A DNA stretch of 32,000 nucleotides. It comes from Halomicronema hongdechloris C2206 (GTDB lineage: Bacteria > Cyanobacteriota > Cyanobacteriia > Phormidesmidales > Phormidesmidaceae). The notes under the pieces were generated by a model. It was not told the origin of the DNA. It did not search any database and worked only from the letters and a program-made list of their open reading frames with translations. The stretch is from positions 4,140,001-4,172,000 of the forward strand of contig NZ_CP021983.2 of NCBI RefSeq assembly GCF_002075285.3, in the 5' to 3' direction. The first letter of the stretch is position 1. Every line of letters starts with the position of its first letter. Below are positions 8,807-17,703 of the stretch, piece by piece. The position numbers were made by a program, and so were the translations under genes.

Positions 8807-9925
8807 TTGCAGAGCGTGGAAGGCTTATTTGACACACTGCTCAGCGAACTAGTAAACGCCACGCAATCTGCCGAAAAAAATTGTCGGCCCATTGCGGAGC
8901 GAATGACCCAGGAAGTCCTGCGCATCTGCTCAGAGAGTTCGCGTATTCAGGCTTCTGGGGATATTCGCCATTGGGCATTGACGTTGGGGCGACATCGCCT
9001 GAAGCAATGTGTCGGGTACTACCAGCTGGGATCCCGTCAGGGCCGGGTAGAACTCCACAGCACCCTCAGCGCCATTGTCTATCGATACATCACGCCACCC
9101 CAGGTGCAGGCTAGCTATCAGGCCCGTCTCAATCTGATTGAAGACTTCCTGCAAGGATTCTATGTCGAATCCCTCAATGCCCTGCGGCGGGAATATCACT
9201 TGCCGGACACCTACCAACCCCGCACCCTGTTGGAGCTGGCAGAATACATGGCCTTCAGTGAGCGCTATGGCAAGCGCCGCATTCCCCTGCCAGGACGCCG
9301 TAGCCAACAGCTAATTATTTTGCGGGCCCAGACCTTTGCCAAGCAGCAGCCCCCGGAAATGGTCATCGACATCGAACAGGCCACCGAATATAGCAGCAAT
9401 GATAATGAGGACTCCCGCAGTATGGGATCTTCCCAGCGGTTACGGGAGCAGATGGTGGTTCAAGACGAGGAACTGTCAGAAGATACCCTGCGCCTTCGAG
9501 TCGTCGAGGCCCTACTGAGCTATCTAAAAGATCGCGATCAGGAAGACTGTGCCGACTACTTTACCCTGCGCCTATTAGATCTGCCCACCCAGGAAATCGA
9601 ATCCCTGTTGAAATTGTCTCCACGGGAACGGGACTACTTACAGCAGCGGTTTAAGTATCACCTGCTGCGCTTTGCCCTCTCGCATCACTGGGAACTAGTG
9701 CACGAATGGCTGGAAGCCGACCTAGAGCGTAACCTGGGGCTGACTCCCCAGCAGTGGCAGAATCTGCAGGACACCATTTCCCAGAAACAAGTGAAGCTGC
9801 TGCAGCTGAAGCAGGAAGGCCATGCCGATGTTGACATTGCCCGTAACTTAGGATTAACACCGACTCAATTTCAAAAACAATGGACTAAGCTGCTAGAACA
9901 GGCCTGGGAAATTCGTAACCTCTAA
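8807..9925 (+). CDS. HetZ-related DNA-binding protein (putative)
   Basis: The core RIQASGDIRHWALTLGRHRLKQCVGYYQLGSRQGRVELHSTLSAIVYRYI and EYMAFSERYGKRRIPLPGR resemble HetZ-family proteins as I recall them. The C-terminus carries two HTH-like segments (LSPRERDYLQQRF; DIARNLGLTPTQFQKQW). The ORF is open from 8597, but the first in-frame ATG is far downstream. TTG 8807 or GTG 8816 are the likely starts, so the start is uncertain. Confidence 0.55.
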   Translation: MQSVEGLFDTLLSELVNATQSAEKNCRPIAERMTQEVLRICSESSRIQASGDIRHWALTLGRHRLKQCVGYYQLGSRQGRVELHSTLSAIVYRYITPPQVQASYQARLNLIEDFLQGFYVESLNALRREYHLPDTYQPRTLLELAEYMAFSERYGKRRIPLPGRRSQQLIILRAQTFAKQQPPEMVIDIEQATEYSSNDNEDSRSMGSSQRLREQMVVQDEELSEDTLRLRVVEALLSYLKDRDQEDCADYFTLRLLDLPTQEIESLLKLSPRERDYLQQRFKYHLLRFALSHHWELVHEWLEADLERNLGLTPQQWQNLQDTISQKQVKLLQLKQEGHADVDIARNLGLTPTQFQKQWTKLLEQAWEIRNL

Positions 9926-9949
9926 TCGTCCGGACTCGGATATTGGCCT

Positions 9950-10972
9950 ATGAAAAGAGACACAGATACCGTTAAGCAGTTCCTGCTTTGGCTTTTGCAG
10001 GACCTTGACTCGCCGGCCCCAGCATCTTCTAGGTCGGATGAGGTGTTCCTCAAGCCAAATCATGGGCCATCAGGGATTGCGTTGCAGGACACTCACGATG
10101 AATCTTGGGATCCTTTGGACCTAGAAGCTCCAGAGTTATGGGAACAGGATTCACGGGTATCACAAGACACCGATGGACAACCCCCTATTTTGGATCTGGG
10201 AGAGATACCTGCTGTGCAAGATCGTTTTCAAGCCCTTTTAAAGCGGCAACTACAACTGGATATCGAGCGGCGCCCACCCCTGTTTCCCTGGGAAAAAGAG
10301 CTGCAAGACTACCCGGTGGACATGCCCTCTGAGTTGGCCTCGACCACCCCTGGCCCGTTACCTTACCTGTGGTTACATCAGTTGCGATCGCTATCCTTAC
10401 CGACGCCCCTACCGGACGAGCTGCTGGATACTCTGCTGCAGCGATGCCAAGCCTTGATTCAGCGGCCTCTAAAGTCTGGAGTGCGGCTGGTTAAGGTGGT
10501 TGAGACCTTGTTTCCGGAGCAGCCGCAGGCGGTAGAGCGTTTGGCGGGGATGGTATTGACCCCTGCCTATCGAGGACAGTTGATGACAGACCCCGGGACG
10601 ACAGAGTTGACCTACGACCAGGCCAATCCGCAGCAACAGATGGCCTTGTCCCTGCTGGCGGCGCGCCAGATCTTTGACACGTTGATCTTAGACCTATCGG
10701 CCCAACAGCCCCAGGTCAGCCGGCAATGGATGACGGACGTCGGCCTATTGCGATTGACGGCATCCTACGAGGCCGAAGCAGCTCGGGTAATGGTGCAGGC
10801 GGAGCTGCCTGCCGCTGGTCGGGTGAGTTTAGGCCAGGCTCCTCAACGGGCCACCAGTACCAGCTCGACTGGACCTGTGACGGTAACCCTGGAGGACGTG
10901 TCTGCTCAAGTCTATGCCCTGGAGGTGGAACTAGCCGGAACCGCCTTGCAATTCGCCATCCATCTCACCTGA
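9950..10972 (+). CDS. Hypothetical protein, possibly PatU-like (assigned by position downstream of the hetZ-like gene)
   Basis: 340-aa ORF with an ATG start, 24 bp after the HetZ-like stop. It is Pro/Leu/Gln-rich. The PatU assignment rests only on the known hetZ-patU synteny. Confidence 0.5.
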   Translation: MKRDTDTVKQFLLWLLQDLDSPAPASSRSDEVFLKPNHGPSGIALQDTHDESWDPLDLEAPELWEQDSRVSQDTDGQPPILDLGEIPAVQDRFQALLKRQLQLDIERRPPLFPWEKELQDYPVDMPSELASTTPGPLPYLWLHQLRSLSLPTPLPDELLDTLLQRCQALIQRPLKSGVRLVKVVETLFPEQPQAVERLAGMVLTPAYRGQLMTDPGTTELTYDQANPQQQMALSLLAARQIFDTLILDLSAQQPQVSRQWMTDVGLLRLTASYEAEAARVMVQAELPAAGRVSLGQAPQRATSTSSTGPVTVTLEDVSAQVYALEVELAGTALQFAIHLT

Positions 10973-11004
10973 GCTAGCATAGAGGCGCCTTTACACACTG
11001 GCTA

Positions 11005-13314
11005 GTGGTGATCTCTGAACGGGTGCATCGGTCTCTTGGCCGCTTCCAACCCAGGGCGAGGCATGCCGAACGGGTGGAGGACTCGGCGGTGTTGCGGGTG
11101 CTGGTGCAGGCCCTAGTTACCATAGGCATTCTATCGGTGGCGGTGGCGGCAGCGGGGGTAACCAGCACCTCGGCTGGGAATCTCCTGGCCATTCCCCTCA
11201 GTGCCATCGGGGCGTACTGGAGTTGGCGCCAGCGGCGACGGCGCAATTTAGCGGTTAAGTTTGGCATTGCCATTGGCATGCTAGCGGCGCTGGCGGTGTT
11301 CTTAACCCGATTGTTGGCCCAGCCAGGGGATACTCGCATTGTCTTGGCCGAGTTGCTGATTCAACTGTTGGTGCTGCACAGCTTCGATCTGCCGCGGCGC
11401 AAGGATCTGGGCTATTCCATGGTGATCGGGCTGATCCTGCTGGGAGTAGCAGCCACCATCAGTCAAACCCTAGCCTTTGCCCCGTTACTGCTGGCCTTCT
11501 GGTTGCTGGCCCTGCCGGTGTTGGTGCTGGATTACCAGTCTCGGTTGGGTAAGAGCTTGCGGTCATGGCGTGATCTGGGCCGGATGGTGGCGTGGCCGCG
11601 GTTGGGGGGTGTCTTGCTGGTCACGCTAGCCCTGGGACTGGCGATCTTTGCGGTGTTGCCGCGGTTACCGGGCTATCAGATTCGCAACTTTCCCATCAGT
11701 GCCACCATCGATGTCGATGCTGACTTCGATGGCAGAGCCATTGTCAATCCGGGCTATACCAATCCCGGCCGTGGCACCGACGAGGACACGGGAGCTGGCG
11801 GTGGCGGCTTCGAGGAGGGTGGCGAGGGCACGGGCATGGCCACTGGCCCCGGTCAGTTAGACGACACCGCCTACTATGGCTTTAATCAACAGATGAACCA
11901 GAACCTGCGCGGTACCCTGACGCCCCAGGTGGTGATGCGGGTGCGATCGCAAGCGGAGGGCTTCTGGCGAGTCTTGGCCTTTGACCATTACACCGGCCAG
12001 GGGTGGGAAATTTCCCGCAATGATTCGGTGCAGACCCTAGAGCGGTCTCAATTGTCCTATCAAACGGTGCTGCCGATTCGATTCAACCGGGGCCAGTCCC
12101 GGGAAGTGATCCAGACCTACACGGTGGTTGACACCCTGCCTAACCTGATTCCAGCCCTTTACCAACCCTCGGAGCTGTATTTTCCTACCCGGGAGGTGGC
12201 CATCGATACCGAAGCCGGGCTGCGCTCGCCAATCCCGCTGCAGGCGGGGTTGACCTATACCGTCATCTCGCGGGTGCCAGACCGCGATCGCACCCGTTTG
12301 GGCCAAGCAGACACTACCTATTCAGAGGCTATTCGTCGGCACTATTTGCAGGTGCCCCCGGCCATTCGCCAACGGGTGCGGCAACAGGCCGAGGCGCTGC
12401 TAGCCACTGCCCCCAATCCCATTGAGAGCCCCTATGAGCAAGCTCTATTTTTAGCCCAAGCCCTGAAGCAGCGCTATACCCTACAACCGGAGCTGCCCTT
12501 CTTCGGAGCACAGCAGGATCTAGTGGAGGCCTTTCTTTTCACCTACGAAGGCGGCTATCCCGATCATTTTTCCACCACCCTGACGGTGCTGTTGCGCTCC
12601 CTGGGGATTCCGGCCCGGCTGGTGGTGGGGTTTGGCCCCGGAGAATTTAACCCCTTCACCGGGTTTTATGTGGTTCGCAACACCGATGCCTACGCCATGA
12701 CAGAGGTGTACTTCCCGGACTATGGCTGGTTCGCCTTCGACCCGATTCCGGGCCATCCCTTGCTGCCGCCCAGCCCCAAGGAGTATGAACCCTTGAGTGT
12801 GCTGAAACAGTTCTGGAGATGGGTGGCAGGCTGGTTACCATCCCCAGTCGCAGGCGCCCTCAATGGCATGCTAAGACACATCGGCCAGGTGATTGCCGAT
12901 GCATTGGGCTGGTTTCAGGCCATGGGCCAGGGTTGGATTGGTCTGCTGTGGAGGGCTGTGGCTCTAGTTGGCCTGGGCTTTTTCGGCTGGCTGGCCTGGG
13001 CAGTGGGGCGGTGGGGCTGGCGCCACTGGCAGTGGCAACGCCTGCCGCCCGTAGAGGCTGTCTATCGTCGCTTGCTGGTTTGGCTGCACCATCAGGGCTG
13101 GCCTAAGCAAGCCCACGAGACTCCGATAGAGTACGCTCAGCGCCTACAGCACATCCTGCCTACCCAGCAGGGCCAGGGGGTTGCCACCATCCTTTGGGCC
13201 TATGCCCATTGGCGCTACGGGGGGCTGCCGCAGAATGTGGCGGTCTTGCAGGCCACGTTGCGATCGCTACGGCGGCGCCAAAACCGTCGTCGCCGAGTCA
13301 ACGTGAGTCCTTAA
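11005..13314 (+). CDS. Multi-pass membrane protein with a transglutaminase-like domain (DUF3488/TgpA-like architecture)
   Basis: GTG start. There are about 6 N-terminal TM helices and a Gly/acidic linker. The transglutaminase-core-like segment is GGYPDHFSTTLTVLLRSLGIPARLVVGF...DAYAMTEVYFPDYGWFAFDP. A C-terminal TM region and a basic tail follow. Confidence 0.8.
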   Translation: MVISERVHRSLGRFQPRARHAERVEDSAVLRVLVQALVTIGILSVAVAAAGVTSTSAGNLLAIPLSAIGAYWSWRQRRRRNLAVKFGIAIGMLAALAVFLTRLLAQPGDTRIVLAELLIQLLVLHSFDLPRRKDLGYSMVIGLILLGVAATISQTLAFAPLLLAFWLLALPVLVLDYQSRLGKSLRSWRDLGRMVAWPRLGGVLLVTLALGLAIFAVLPRLPGYQIRNFPISATIDVDADFDGRAIVNPGYTNPGRGTDEDTGAGGGGFEEGGEGTGMATGPGQLDDTAYYGFNQQMNQNLRGTLTPQVVMRVRSQAEGFWRVLAFDHYTGQGWEISRNDSVQTLERSQLSYQTVLPIRFNRGQSREVIQTYTVVDTLPNLIPALYQPSELYFPTREVAIDTEAGLRSPIPLQAGLTYTVISRVPDRDRTRLGQADTTYSEAIRRHYLQVPPAIRQRVRQQAEALLATAPNPIESPYEQALFLAQALKQRYTLQPELPFFGAQQDLVEAFLFTYEGGYPDHFSTTLTVLLRSLGIPARLVVGFGPGEFNPFTGFYVVRNTDAYAMTEVYFPDYGWFAFDPIPGHPLLPPSPKEYEPLSVLKQFWRWVAGWLPSPVAGALNGMLRHIGQVIADALGWFQAMGQGWIGLLWRAVALVGLGFFGWLAWAVGRWGWRHWQWQRLPPVEAVYRRLLVWLHHQGWPKQAHETPIEYAQRLQHILPTQQGQGVATILWAYAHWRYGGLPQNVAVLQATLRSLRRRQNRRRRVNVSP

Positions 13315-13352
13315 TTAGCGATTGAAAAATTGCCCCTCATCCCCGAAATCCC

Positions 13353-14027
13353 CTACACCCGAAATAGGGTATTCCTAACCTGCTTTTGCAGCTGGCGGCT
13401 GACATAGCAATCCCCGTTGAGGCAGTCTAGCAATAGCTGATTGGCATTGTAGTATTCCTGCAAAGTCTCAATCTCAGCGTCACTAAAGTGCCAATCGTGA
13501 CCAATATCACGGTGGCGAATAAGGTGTGCCTGCAGTCGAGATACTACAGCGCCTAGATTATCCATCCACTGCTCTTGCATATCCGACTGCAATTGTAGTG
13601 TTTCCATGGTCTCTTGCCAGCCAGTCTGGAATGAGTCTTTGCTGGGAAATGAGGTGAGCTGAATCGTCGCATTAATGATCTGTAAATCGGCCTTGACCTT
13701 GTCCCAGGCTGTGAAGACTTCAGAGCTAGACTCTGAAGTCTTGGATAGTTTTTTGAGGTTACTCAGAAAATTAAGCAACAACCGATCTAGATCCATTTCT
13801 GGCTCGATTGTCGTGGAATCCAGGGGGCTAATTATCTCTTCGCGGCTGAGTGAATAGATGAAATAAAAGGCTCGAACGAAAGATTGAGGCCGTTTTGTCT
13901 CTATCTGTGACGCCTTCTGATTCACCCAGGTCAGAAACTCAATGAGCCGCGGCTCAAATGATAGAATCTCATCAGTTTTCTGCTGCATGAGCTTGATCAA
14001 ACCATCAGCCCGAGCAGACATATTCAC
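13353..14027 (-). CDS. 3' fragment of the IS-split NACHT gene (NACHT C-terminal helical region)
   Basis: It reads in frame with the 15260-16895 fragment once the IS and one target-duplication copy are removed (...FLLAVN|MSARADGLIKLMQQ...). GC is low (about 43%), like the 5' fragment. The C-terminal HDWHFSDAEIETLQEYYNANQLLLDCLNGDCYVS is typical of cyanobacterial NACHT tails, from recall. Confidence 0.75.
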   Translation of the reverse strand: MNMSARADGLIKLMQQKTDEILSFEPRLIEFLTWVNQKASQIETKRPQSFVRAFYFIYSLSREEIISPLDSTTIEPEMDLDRLLLNFLSNLKKLSKTSESSSEVFTAWDKVKADLQIINATIQLTSFPSKDSFQTGWQETMETLQLQSDMQEQWMDNLGAVVSRLQAHLIRHRDIGHDWHFSDAEIETLQEYYNANQLLLDCLNGDCYVSRQLQKQVRNTLFRV

Positions 14028-14030
14028 CGC

Positions 14031-15259
14031 AGGGCCATTTCATTCTCAAGGGGACCTAAAGATGCTAGAGTTTCAGGCTAATCCCAATGGTCCTAGCGTC
14101 TATGCGTCTGCCCCCTACCCCTACTACCCTCGACTCGAGGCATGAGCCTGCTGTAGAGCGCATCGAGATCCTCGAAGCCTTCGTTGCCCTGCCAGATGTC
14201 CGTCAGGCCTCTGGCAAACGACATCAGATGGCCTTATGCCTGGCGCTCTTCACCCTGGCGGTGACGGCCGGTAATCGTGGATTTCTGGCCATTGGCGACT
14301 GGCTCAAAAGCTACCGCAGCGAGTTGATTGACCTCTTCAACCCGCCCAAGGGCCGTCTTCCCTCCTACAGCACGATTCGCCGGGTGCTGCTAAAGCTAGA
14401 CTATGGACAGTATTCGGCGGCCTTGGCTCGGTTCTTTGGCATTGAACCGTTAGCCGGTGAAACCTTAGCGGTGGATGGCAAAGTCTTACGCGGGTCGTAT
14501 CAACTGGAGACTGACAATCCTGACTCTCCCCCTCATCCCGCCATTCTATTGGTCAGTGCTTATCTGGTGGAGCGGGGGTTGATTCTGGAGCCCTATCAGG
14601 TAGAGCACAAGACCAACGAAATCAAAGCCCTGCCCGAGTTCATTAAGCAACTGGCGCTGAAGGGGGTGGTGATAGCCTTTGATGCGATTAGCACCCAAAA
14701 AAAACTGTCAGCTCATCCTTGACACCGACAATCATTACTTGGGTGCCCTCAAAGGCAATCAGGGTAACTTGCACAAAAGCGTTCAGGCCAACTTTATCGC
14801 TGAGGACAGCTACACCGAGGTCAGTAAAGGGCATGGGCGACTGGAGAAGCGGGTCGTTAGCCTATGCACCACCCTCGATAACATCAAGCCCTGGCCAGGG
14901 CTGAAGACGCTCATTCGAGTGGAGAGTGAGCGACACTTCAAGAAGGGCGGGCAGCCTCACTTAGAAACTGAGACCCGCTACTATGTCGCCTCGTTTTTAG
15001 AATCAGCGGAATCCTTGGCTCGGCGCATTCGGGGCTATTGGGGCGTTGAAAATAAGGTACATCATATCCGGGATGTGACCCAGGGAGAAGATGCTTCGCG
15101 CATTCGTATGCACCAGTTGCCGCAAATCTTCGCCGTCGCTCGAAACTTCGCGCTCAACCTCTATCGCTCCAACGAGTTCGCCAATATGGCTCAGGCTGAA
15201 CGACTCTGCAAGTTTGGTCTAGATACCCTCAAGGCCATTTTTAGAATGAAATAGCCCTG
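14031..15259 (+). mobile_element. ISAs1-family insertion sequence (1229 bp)
   Basis: The terminal inverted repeats are CAGGGCCATTTCATTCT (14031-14047) and AGAATGAAATAGCCCTG (15243-15259), matching 16/17. A perfect 9-bp direct repeat TATTCACCG flanks the element at 14022-14030 and 15260-15268. It encloses an ISAs1-type transposase. Confidence 0.9.
14087..15254 (+). pseudogene. ISAs1-family (H-repeat-associated type) transposase, split by a frame change in an A8 run
   Basis: N-terminal motif ILEAFVALPDVRQASGKRHQMALCLALFTLAVTAGNRGFLAIGDW. Other family motifs are DAISTQKK, LGALKGNQGNL and YWGVENKVHHIRDVTQGEDASRIR. It forms two overlapping ORFs (14087-14722 and 14679-15254), and the frames meet at AAAAAAAA 14697-14704. 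Confidence 0.85.
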
Positions 15260-16895
15260 TATTCACCGCCAACAGAAATACCTCATTCCATTGCTTGTTT
15301 CTGACCTGCTCAAACACAGTTTGTAATCGCTCAAGCTCATACTCAGAGGCAATCGCCTTGGCAGCAAAGTACTCTTGAAAGCTGAGGTGAGAGAATGAGT
15401 AAATACCGTAGGCACGCTCTACAAACAAACCATGCTGTGCCTCTATAGATTTCAAGACAATCTCTCCCTGCCGTTCCATCTCATAGGGCAGGAGTTTACG
15501 ATTGCGCTTGCCCGGCAGATTGACAATATAGTTGGCGATGTAGTCGGCAAGAGTTTGTTTCCTGAAGAAAATGGCTGATTGCTCAAATGCTTGCAGGGCA
15601 ATGTGGCTTAGCATGCCTACTTTTCGAGCAACAGAGAGTTCTTGGTAGAGCTGACCCCGCTCAATATTACGGCTGGCATCCCATCGCCTTAAGAGTGTAT
15701 TAATTCCCTCTTCATATAACTCTGCCCGACTGTCTGGAAAATCTGCCTCCTCTTCGAAAACCAAGCATAGCAGGGTTAGCAATAATGGATTCGTTGCCAA
15801 CTCTTGAATCCGAGGATTTCGTTGGAGTTTTTCCAAGAAGCGGGCCGCCTTGTCAGGTGTTTGTTTATGGGTAAACCAGTGATTGGCAAACTCCTGGATT
15901 TGCTGCTCGTTGAAATCGGCAACTTCTACTTCAGTAAACTGCTCAAAGACGTATTCTTGAGCCGCAACTCGGCAGGTTAAGATAAAGCGATTCCCATGAA
16001 AATTTTCAGTAAAACTTTGGATTTGCTGATTGACTCGGTGTAAGTCTTCTATCCGTACTTCATCTAGTCCATCCAAGAGCAGTAAAACCCGTCTCTCTTT
16101 GAGTAGGTACTCGATTTCATAACCATGCACCTTCCAGGAGTCATGATCCTGAATCAGGTATTCTAGCAGACTAGGTGATCCATTCTTCTCCGCAAAATCT
16201 TTGAGGACGACAAATATGGGTAAATGGTCAGGAAAGAGTTTACGCTCGCTACACTGAATGGCTATGTGCTTGAGGAATGTAGTTTTGCCAGCACCTGGCT
16301 TACCTATGACCAGTAGTTTTTCTTGCTGTTGCACATAATCAATTCCGGATATCTTCTTCACTATTCTGCGATTCAGGCCGAAGCGATCCAAGCTATTGCC
16401 GTCATTTTTAGCTTGAAAATCCCGAAGTAGGTCATCAATCCGTAACCGTCGATGCCTTGAGACTTGCTCTAAGACATTAATCTCCGTGAAAATGCTGGAC
16501 AGTTCCAAGGGGCTCGTCATATCGAGCACTCGCATGGTACTGCACTCATTACGAATTTTTTCCCTTAATCGCTCATTAAGTTCGTTCACAAAGGCGTCGG
16601 TGTCTATGTCACTCAAACGACTAGGGTGGTTCGGATTTTCTCGGTGATATTGTTCCTGGAGAAAATAGCGGAGTCGCTCTTTCTTACCCCGCCCACCTTC
16701 CCTGAAGCTAAATTTCACATAGACATTCCCCATCCGCGCTTTATAGGCAGACAGGGAAATGTTTAGGTTCTTAATAATGACTTGATCGGTTATTTCACTG
16801 GAGAATGTCTCGACAAAGGCTTCTTCCTCAAGCGACGTCAAACCATATTCCCTCGCCAATTTGACGAGGAAATCCTGCGATATTTCTTCCTGCAT
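15219..16895 (-). CDS. HTH-NACHT NTPase, 5' fragment interrupted by the IS (last 13 codons are IS-derived)
   Basis: Walker A GKPGAGKTTFLKHIA; Walker B LLLLDGLDEV. The N-terminal LuxR/sigma-region-4-like HTH is LTSLEEEAFVETF...NISLSAYKARMGNVYVKF. Native sequence ends at 15260; TGLFHSKNGLEGI-stop is read from the IS end. ATG 16895 is preferred over the track's TTG 16946. Confidence 0.85.
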   Translation of the reverse strand: MQEEISQDFLVKLAREYGLTSLEEEAFVETFSSEITDQVIIKNLNISLSAYKARMGNVYVKFSFREGGRGKKERLRYFLQEQYHRENPNHPSRLSDIDTDAFVNELNERLREKIRNECSTMRVLDMTSPLELSSIFTEINVLEQVSRHRRLRIDDLLRDFQAKNDGNSLDRFGLNRRIVKKISGIDYVQQQEKLLVIGKPGAGKTTFLKHIAIQCSERKLFPDHLPIFVVLKDFAEKNGSPSLLEYLIQDHDSWKVHGYEIEYLLKERRVLLLLDGLDEVRIEDLHRVNQQIQSFTENFHGNRFILTCRVAAQEYVFEQFTEVEVADFNEQQIQEFANHWFTHKQTPDKAARFLEKLQRNPRIQELATNPLLLTLLCLVFEEEADFPDSRAELYEEGINTLLRRWDASRNIERGQLYQELSVARKVGMLSHIALQAFEQSAIFFRKQTLADYIANYIVNLPGKRNRKLLPYEMERQGEIVLKSIEAQHGLFVERAYGIYSFSHLSFQEYFAAKAIASEYELERLQTVFEQVRNKQWNEVFLLAVNTGLFHSKNGLEGI

Positions 16896-17152
16896 GACTC
16901 GCGGTAGATGTGCTCTTTTAACCCTGTACCCCTTATATTCAGCCAAAAATCCGGGAGCGTCAATGGTTATGGAGTCAGCCCCATTGTTGGTCTAAACGGA
17001 TACTCGATAGCTCAAAGTAAGTATTCTGCTTCCAAACCTTTGGGCTGAGAGTACTCGGATCCGTGTTATAGTTCCGGGTAGTTTATGACGACTGCAGCTG
17101 CAGAACCTAGGCTACCTCCGTCTCTCGAAGCTTAGTCATATCAGAGCCGCCA

Positions 17153-17186
17153 TTGGGAAAAGTTGGGAAAAGTCGGGAAAAGTTGG
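17153..17186. repeat. 10-bp tandem repeat (3.4 copies) with phased A-tracts
   Basis: The sequence is TTGGGAAAAG TTGGGAAAAG TCGGGAAAAG TTGG. It lies in the divergent intergenic region between the NACHT gene and the NfeD-like gene. Confidence 0.9.
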
Positions 17187-17261
17187 CCTTTCTCTAACGA
17201 GCAAGTATAAAGTCTAAAAGCCATAGTTAGAGTGTTGCCCCCCAGTTGAGGTGTTAACACC

Positions 17262-17549
17262 ATGCAATCCTTTAATTTTGATCTTTATAGCCCCTATCCG
17301 ATCGAATTACGGCAACAAGTAGGCATTGCTACCGTATGTCGCACCATAACTCCTGAGCGTTCCGGTCGAGTTCACTTTGAAGCCACGGATTGGCCTGCCC
17401 GCCTCTATGATCCGACCCTGCATCAAAGTCTTGAGCCGGATGCCTTGGTTCACGTTATTGGACGTCAGGGTCTGACGCTGCTAGTTACGCCTAAGTCAAG
17501 GGTCGCTGTCCCCAGTTCGGCTCAATCGCTGGACTATCTTTCTAGCTAG
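17262..17549 (+). CDS. NfeD-like OB-fold domain protein
   Basis: 95-aa ORF. The segment GIATVCRTITPERSGRVHFEATDWPARLYDP...LVHVIGRQGLTLLVTP matches the NfeD C-terminal OB-fold pattern (G-x-V-x-F-x-G-x-W-x-A ... V-x-V-x-G-x-x-G-L-x-L-x-V). Confidence 0.6.
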   Translation: MQSFNFDLYSPYPIELRQQVGIATVCRTITPERSGRVHFEATDWPARLYDPTLHQSLEPDALVHVIGRQGLTLLVTPKSRVAVPSSAQSLDYLSS

Positions 17550-17703
17550 AACTCTGCCCTGGAACCTGGATGCGATTTAGCCAGCTTATATCACTGACAG
17601 GGGAAAGAGCTCGGACTAACAGACTTCTCTTCCCTGTTACGTCATCCAACGTCTTGACAGCTACGAGCCTACTGTTTGAGATCTCTAAAGAGGAGGATGC
17701 AGC

